From the IMG/VR virus record IMGVR_UViG_3300022698_000177, positions 1 to 40,598 of that record: a stretch of 40,598 bases of DNA, one strand, 5' to 3'. The notes below the pieces were generated by a model, which saw nothing but the letters and a program-made list of their open reading frames with translations, ran no database searches and was not told where the DNA came from. A program made the translations under genes and the position numbers. Below, piece by piece: positions 35,597-40,598 of this stretch (positions within the stretch are counted from its first letter, which is position 1; every line of letters begins with the position of its first letter). Source of the DNA: a virus. Taxonomy: Duplodnaviria > Caudoviricetes.

Positions 35597-35976
35597 CAAC
35601 GGTCCTCCCAACACATTTCAATGTGCCCTGGATTATCAATTTCAATACCCAAATGTTTTAGGATTTGAGTTTTGATTTTGAATTTGAAATCTCCTAGTGT
35701 TTCATCATCTTTCATTTTCGTGTAACACATACCAACTGCTGGTGGTTCGTCGTCATAATAATCACTTGGGCCGAATGAGAATTGAAGATCACTTGTTTCT
35801 AATAATCCTTCAAATAATTCATACCGATCTCTTTTTAATTCTTCAAGATCACATTCCAATTTTGCAGCTACAGTGTTTAAAATATCTTCTGGAATGTCTT
35901 CGATTTCAATATATGATCCCATCACTACAAATGATGATGAGCTTGAGTTGGTTACAAAATCACATTTTATTTTCAT
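35596..35976 (-). CDS. DFVTNSS-motif family protein (copy 1)
   Basis: MKIKCDFVTNSSSSSFVV. GAGGTG RBS. Confidence 0.75.
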   Translation of the reverse strand: MKIKCDFVTNSSSSSFVVMGSYIEIEDIPEDILNTVAAKLECDLEELKRDRYELFEGLLETSDLQFSFGPSDYYDDEPPAVGMCYTKMKDDETLGDFKFKIKTQILKHLGIEIDNPGHIEMCWEDR

Positions 35977-35977
35977 T

Positions 35978-37375
35978 CTATTCACCTCGCAAAATTTGAT
36001 ATGCCACTTCTCTGTCTATTTTGTTTAGCTTTCCTTTTCCATACATGAAATATTGAACTGGCCATTTCTTTTGATCATAATAATACTCTCTACGATAATA
36101 TGTTTTGGCCATATCTTCACATCCATAATCAACCAGATCTATAATTATGGGAGTTTGTTTATTCGGAGCTGTTCTAGTTATTCTTCCAGTTAATTGCTCA
36201 ATGTTTGAAATTGGAGATGTCATAATCAACGAATCTTTCCAAGGCGCATCAATACCGTCTCGACATTTACCTGGTGTCGCAAATGTCAATTTTGAATTCA
36301 ATGTTTCAAGGCCGCCCGCCCCACAAAATTTTGCTTTACTTTTTGATGGTGCCCAATTGTATAATTCGTCAATTAATTTTATTCTTTCAGATATACAAAT
36401 CAAATCCCGACTCTTTAATTTTGCTAATAACGCTCTCATTACTTCTTGAAACGGTTTTGATTTTTTTATTAGATTAAGATACCTTGCCCTCTGGAACTCA
36501 CCAGCCCATCGAATATACTTAGATCTGCGTGGTGTATCAATCTGATAATCAACAAGGATAACTGTAACCCTTGCATTCATTGTTCCTTCGATGTCACTAT
36601 CTGAAAATATATCTCCGAGGTGAAATTCAATAATATCTCCATTACCATCAAATCTATATGGAGTTGCACTTAACCCATATGTGTATTTGCTTGGCATATG
36701 AATTGAACATTCTGAAAATGTTGGTGCTCCGACCGATGTATGAACTTCATCTGCAACAAACACTCCGATGTTTGCTTCATTTAATTTAACTAAGAAATCT
36801 TTACGATTTCTTTTCAATAATGATATATATGTTTGGACTGTTGCAATGATAACCGGTTTGTCCAAATCATCCATAAATGTCGAAGAAGTCAACCTAGCAA
36901 TATCATCATCTTGCAGGTTTGTAAATTGCTTTAATCTATTTCTCCATTGTTTCGAAAGATCGTCACGATGGACTAAAATCAACGCTTTTCTTTTTCTCTC
37001 AGCAATCATATAGATTGAAATAACAGTTTTTCCAACTCCAGGTGCTAATTGTAATGTCGCTGCTTCATTCGACATTATATAGTTTATTGCTTTTTCTTGT
37101 GCTTCACTTCTGGGTGTTATATTATGTGTAATGTCAATCTCTTGGCCTTCATGACGAACATCACGAATATGATAATCAAATGTATATTGTTGAATCGGAA
37201 AGTTCCTTGGGATTAAAAGGAACTTTTCCGACTCAATGTAAAATGTATTTACAATGTAATTTGATGAATTGTACGCCTTTGTACGTCTTTGAAGGAACTC
37301 TTTGATTTTAATATAAAAATCTTCGTATTGATGTTCCTTTGAGATTAACAACCCAGATCTTCTGACGATTTCCAT
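35978..37375 (-). CDS. Superfamily 2 helicase (UvsW/XPB-like)
   Basis: PRSEAQ, LAPGVGKT, DEVH, GLSATPYR, GID and EQLTGRITR. Confidence 0.9.
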   Translation of the reverse strand: MEIVRRSGLLISKEHQYEDFYIKIKEFLQRRTKAYNSSNYIVNTFYIESEKFLLIPRNFPIQQYTFDYHIRDVRHEGQEIDITHNITPRSEAQEKAINYIMSNEAATLQLAPGVGKTVISIYMIAERKRKALILVHRDDLSKQWRNRLKQFTNLQDDDIARLTSSTFMDDLDKPVIIATVQTYISLLKRNRKDFLVKLNEANIGVFVADEVHTSVGAPTFSECSIHMPSKYTYGLSATPYRFDGNGDIIEFHLGDIFSDSDIEGTMNARVTVILVDYQIDTPRRSKYIRWAGEFQRARYLNLIKKSKPFQEVMRALLAKLKSRDLICISERIKLIDELYNWAPSKSKAKFCGAGGLETLNSKLTFATPGKCRDGIDAPWKDSLIMTSPISNIEQLTGRITRTAPNKQTPIIIDLVDYGCEDMAKTYYRREYYYDQKKWPVQYFMYGKGKLNKIDREVAYQILRGE

Positions 37376-37812
37376 TAGGCTATACTGAATGTCGCCTTGG
37401 AGTTTTCATTTTCAAAAACTGTTACATAATCAAGAGTGAGAGATTCGTTTTTGGATCTTAACCTTAGATCAGTGATTCTGTTTTCGATTCTGCGAAATAT
37501 TTCTTCAGACATTTTTTCTGCTGTTGGCTCATATGGAACTGGGATTACTTTTAACTTCAATTTATTCATGTATTCGATTGTTTTTTCATCAATATCGTTG
37601 ATCATAAATGCATGATCCAAAACATCGAATATCAATCCCAATTCTGCTTTTAAATGAGAAAAGTCAATAATCATACCATTCTCATTTAAAGATGTTGCTT
37701 TCAATCCAACTAAGACGACATAATTGTGCCCATGAAAATTGAAGCATGCTCCATCGTGTTTACACAACCTATGTCCCATTGGAAATGTGAAACGTTTTTC
37801 TAATCTATACAT
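37375..37812 (-). CDS. queD: 6-carboxy-5,6,7,8-tetrahydropterin synthase (QueD/PTPS)
   Basis: GHRL, C..FHGHNY, GMIIDF, LDHAF, PTAE and FENENS. Confidence 0.9.
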   Translation of the reverse strand: MYRLEKRFTFPMGHRLCKHDGACFNFHGHNYVVLVGLKATSLNENGMIIDFSHLKAELGLIFDVLDHAFMINDIDEKTIEYMNKLKLKVIPVPYEPTAEKMSEEIFRRIENRITDLRLRSKNESLTLDYVTVFENENSKATFSIA

Positions 37813-37824
37813 ATATATTATCTC

Positions 37825-39129
37825 CTACCATGTGAATTCACTATATTGCTGCAATACAAATTCTTTTAAATTTTCTAGATTGTGAGAAAGTACTTCTATT
37901 TTCTTATTTAATTCAGTTGTGTCTGTATTTAAAGTAAACATCTTATTAATTCTATATTTGTTAATCAAATATTTTGCAAATTCAGCAGAGACAACTGTTG
38001 TTTTCTCGATTTCAGCAAGGGCTTCATCAATTGGTATGTTTTTTCCGATTAATGCACTCAACGGTTTTCTGATTGCATTCAATGCCAGATATTCATCAAT
38101 CAATTCTTTTTCTTTGTTGATTTCATGCTCAAGCATTGTTTGATTCATTTGTGAAAACATATTGAACGTATCAAGTAACATGTTATCGACTGATTTTGTA
38201 ACAACTTGTTGATTTAAATCTGATAAAATGATTTCAAATGAAATTTGCCCTTGAATAACTTCTTTTAAATTTTCAACAAACTCTTGATAAATCTTATCTC
38301 TATTTCTTTCTCTGATAACTTGAAATTTAATCTCTGTTTCTGAAACAGATACATCTGTGAAACCAATCATGCCATCGCCCAATTCTTTCGAGAATTTTTT
38401 CAAAAGAGATTCAAACTTCTTTCCGGGTGGCCATGATTTTAATATGACTGTATTTGATTTTGGATCTTCAATTATTACGCCCGATACTTTAATCTTTGCT
38501 TTTCCTTCTGTCAATAATTGTTCAAGATCTTCAGGCGGTGATGTTATGATACAATCTGTCTTTGGTGCAATAATCGGTTTTCTTTTTCTGATCCCTAATA
38601 ACCACAACAATCTTTGTTGTAAATCTCTGAGATCATAACAGGGAATAAATGTTTTAAAACCGAAACCGATGCCCTGTGTATATTCATTGCCCAATAAACA
38701 TAGAGGATACATTGTAGGAAGAAATAATACTTCCTTATCAGCTAATTCACTATCGATCCATTCTGAGTAATTGATATATTTAAATGCCATATCAAGAGTT
38801 CTTTCGTGAAGTTTGCACTCTGTGTAACGAGGAGCGGCTGCTCCAACAGGTTCGACTCCAACGTTTGTGCCAAAATTGCCCTGCCCAAATAAAAACCCTT
38901 GACGAACTAATTGAACAATTGTTCCATAACATTCACCATGTGGATGATAATGACCAATTGTATATGCATCAACTTGTCGTGATTTTACAAATTTACTTCT
39001 GGCAATTTTATAAGCTGATAATAACACCCTACGCTCTACTGGTTTTAAACCATCAATGTCCAATGGAAAATTTCGGTAATTTGAATATTTTCCATAGTCT
39101 TCATACAAGCGCGGTAGGTTTTGATCCAT
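37825..39129 (-). CDS. Type IIA topoisomerase A subunit (GyrA/ParC/T4 gp52-like), no C-terminal pinwheel
   Basis: DGLKPVERR, YHPHG, QGNFG, AAAPRYT (catalytic Tyr) and GIGFG. Only 434 aa. Confidence 0.92.
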   Translation of the reverse strand: MDQNLPRLYEDYGKYSNYRNFPLDIDGLKPVERRVLLSAYKIARSKFVKSRQVDAYTIGHYHPHGECYGTIVQLVRQGFLFGQGNFGTNVGVEPVGAAAPRYTECKLHERTLDMAFKYINYSEWIDSELADKEVLFLPTMYPLCLLGNEYTQGIGFGFKTFIPCYDLRDLQQRLLWLLGIRKRKPIIAPKTDCIITSPPEDLEQLLTEGKAKIKVSGVIIEDPKSNTVILKSWPPGKKFESLLKKFSKELGDGMIGFTDVSVSETEIKFQVIRERNRDKIYQEFVENLKEVIQGQISFEIILSDLNQQVVTKSVDNMLLDTFNMFSQMNQTMLEHEINKEKELIDEYLALNAIRKPLSALIGKNIPIDEALAEIEKTTVVSAEFAKYLINKYRINKMFTLNTDTTELNKKIEVLSHNLENLKEFVLQQYSEFTW

Positions 39130-39550
39130 ATTTGAATAGAAGCTCCTTTGTTGTTTCTTTTGCAGCTTTCAACATCGTCGGAAATTGCACTGGTAATGGC
39201 AATTTTGCTGATTCTAAATCTTCTCCCTGTATCACTTTGATTGGGTCGAAATATGCTTTTAGACTCGGCATGTATGCAACAGCTTGTGGATATAGACCGA
39301 AGACATATGAATAATCTGTCATTCGACTATCTGCCCAAGGCCATGGCCATTTTTCTCTTTCAGATGCAATCACCGAATAAGGCTTTCTTGATTCAAGAAA
39401 TTCAACAACCAATTCTTCATACATCATTGGATTAACTTGAATCAAAATTTCAAGTGGAATTCGAATTGGCGATGAATCATGATATGTACTTCCAATCCAT
39501 TCCATTACTCCATATTTTACAATGTAAAAATCACCACGTGTGCCCATCAA
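39101..39550 (-). CDS. Hypothetical phage protein
   Basis: 149 aa, N-terminus MGTRGDFY, internal WPWPW. Confidence 0.7.
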   Translation of the reverse strand: MMGTRGDFYIVKYGVMEWIGSTYHDSSPIRIPLEILIQVNPMMYEELVVEFLESRKPYSVIASEREKWPWPWADSRMTDYSYVFGLYPQAVAYMPSLKAYFDPIKVIQGEDLESAKLPLPVQFPTMLKAAKETTKELLFKYGSKPTALV

Positions 39551-39841
39551 TTACTCCATTCGTGCAAGGATCTCAATAAAGCTGGCGACATCGCCATTCT
39601 GTTCGATTTTAAGGTCTTCATAGGGTTCAAGGATTCTTCTTCTCAATTCAGTTTCTGCATCATGAACGCCATCAATCCATTCTGACATTGTGGTGTATGA
39701 AATCTTTTCTGAATTGAGTATTAATCTTCCAACGAGTTCGCATATTGTATAGTTTAGATCGCCTTTTGATGTTATAAAACTTAGCAATCTTTCAATTTCT
39801 ACATCGATATGATTTCTATCTTTTTGTTTTATGTAAGGCAT
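39551..39841 (-). CDS. Hypothetical phage protein (MPYI...GDLNY family)
   Basis: MPYIKQ...GDLNY...ELRRR...PYED.KI..NGDV, a recurrent phage family pattern. Confidence 0.7.
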   Translation of the reverse strand: MPYIKQKDRNHIDVEIERLLSFITSKGDLNYTICELVGRLILNSEKISYTTMSEWIDGVHDAETELRRRILEPYEDLKIEQNGDVASFIEILARME

Positions 39842-39845
39842 GTTA

Positions 39846-40013
39846 TCAACCCTTTCTCAACTTGCATTCTAAGGGTTTTTTACCCTTTTGAGGAAACATG
39901 ATTTTACCTTTTTTCGATGTTCCCCATTTGCATATCATTTGATTGGTCAAATTCTTTTCCATCAAATCACATGCAGGACAATCCATAGTTAATGCTTTTT
40001 TTCGATAACCCAT
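39846..40013 (-). CDS. Small basic 4-Cys protein, 55 aa (not in ORF track)
   Basis: MGYRKKALTMDCPACDLMEKNLTNQMICKWGTSKKGKIMFPQKGKKPLECKLRKG. GGAGG RBS, and it fills the gap between its neighbours. Confidence 0.65.
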   Translation of the reverse strand: MGYRKKALTMDCPACDLMEKNLTNQMICKWGTSKKGKIMFPQKGKKPLECKLRKG

Positions 40014-40016
40014 TGA

Positions 40017-40322
40017 CTACCTCCAGTTCGCATATCTTTTTTCTTCTAGATCTTCTCTTTTAAAAATTGCATAACATATAGCAATAAGACTACAAATTAT
40101 ACATAAGATAGTTCCCCAAAGTATAAAGGGATTTCTTGCGACTTCTATATTTGTTATAGCTAATGTTGCAAAGAATGAAAATGCTAAAATCAATAAACCT
40201 ATAGTCATAGAGAATAAATAATTTATATATCTCAATGCTCTAGTGATATATGCACAATATCTTGCGTCTTTGCATACTGGTTGGACTAAACATTTTTTAC
40301 ATGGATTGAATAACATCATCAT
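40017..40322 (-). CDS. Small membrane protein with N-terminal PCxxCLVxPVC motif
   Basis: LFNPCKKCLVQPVC...C followed by two hydrophobic helices. Confidence 0.7.
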   Translation of the reverse strand: MMMLFNPCKKCLVQPVCKDARYCAYITRALRYINYLFSMTIGLLILAFSFFATLAITNIEVARNPFILWGTILCIICSLIAICYAIFKREDLEEKRYANWR

Positions 40323-40597
40323 CTCCGCTCTGTTACATCATTTGAGCAATAGAAAAATATACTAACTGCAATGATAAAATTAATAATTGATGCTGTATAA
40401 AATTGCGTATCTGTAATTGTACCTGACCAAACAAATTCTATAATTGCTAATATTAATGGAAGCACTATAGTTATAAGAAGAGATAAAAAGCTAACAATTT
40501 CCAATATCTCTTTATATCTTTGAAGCATTTTACAATTGTAGTATTCCTTATTGCATACCGGTCTAACTAAACATTTGTTACACGGAGAGAATAACAT
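40319..40597 (-). CDS. Small membrane protein with N-terminal PCxxCLVxPVC motif (paralog)
   Basis: LFSPCNKCLVRPVC...C followed by two hydrophobic helices. Confidence 0.7.
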   Translation of the reverse strand: MLFSPCNKCLVRPVCNKEYYNCKMLQRYKEILEIVSFLSLLITIVLPLILAIIEFVWSGTITDTQFYTASIINFIIAVSIFFYCSNDVTERR

Positions 40598-40598
40598 T

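Noticed and set aside
34495-35976. Quasi-periodic DNA repeat (TTTGTAACAAAATC-like) as CRISPR, DGR or attC-type cassette array
   Set aside because: Copies are the coding sequence of the N-terminal peptide motif and vary at synonymous positions. No cas, reverse transcriptase or integrase gene is in the window.
1-40598. Stop-codon reassignment, as seen in some large phages
   Set aside because: Conserved genes are full-length in code 11, and TAA, TAG and TGA all end genes at tight junctions.

Overview
AT-rich, densely coded fragment of a large tailed-phage (jumbo-phage-like) genome. Almost every gene is on the - strand with AGGAG-type ribosome binding sites and standard code 11. Reading in transcription direction (right to left), the window holds: two Cys-motif membrane paralogs; a short topoisomerase II A subunit; QueD; a UvsW-like SF2 helicase; a family of five proteins sharing an N-terminal M(K/R)(I/V)KxD(F/H)VTNSS motif, with a pilin-like gene, Mre11/Rad50 (gp47/gp46-like) and a radical SAM enzyme among them; a ubiquitin-like conjugation cluster (E2-fusion, JAB peptidase, E1/ThiF, Ubl ending in Gly, then a second E1-like gene and a small HPN-type E2-like gene); unsplit phage RNA polymerase beta' and beta subunits; FolE2 and nucleotide/DNA-metabolism genes, including a compact PolB-like protein preceded by a GC-rich structured element; and a morphogenesis block (hub-like protein, T4 gp17-like terminase, HExxH protein, tape-measure-like protein, tail-tube/baseplate-like protein). 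No tRNA, rRNA, CRISPR array or IS element was recognised. All calls come from reading motifs by eye; no database search was run.
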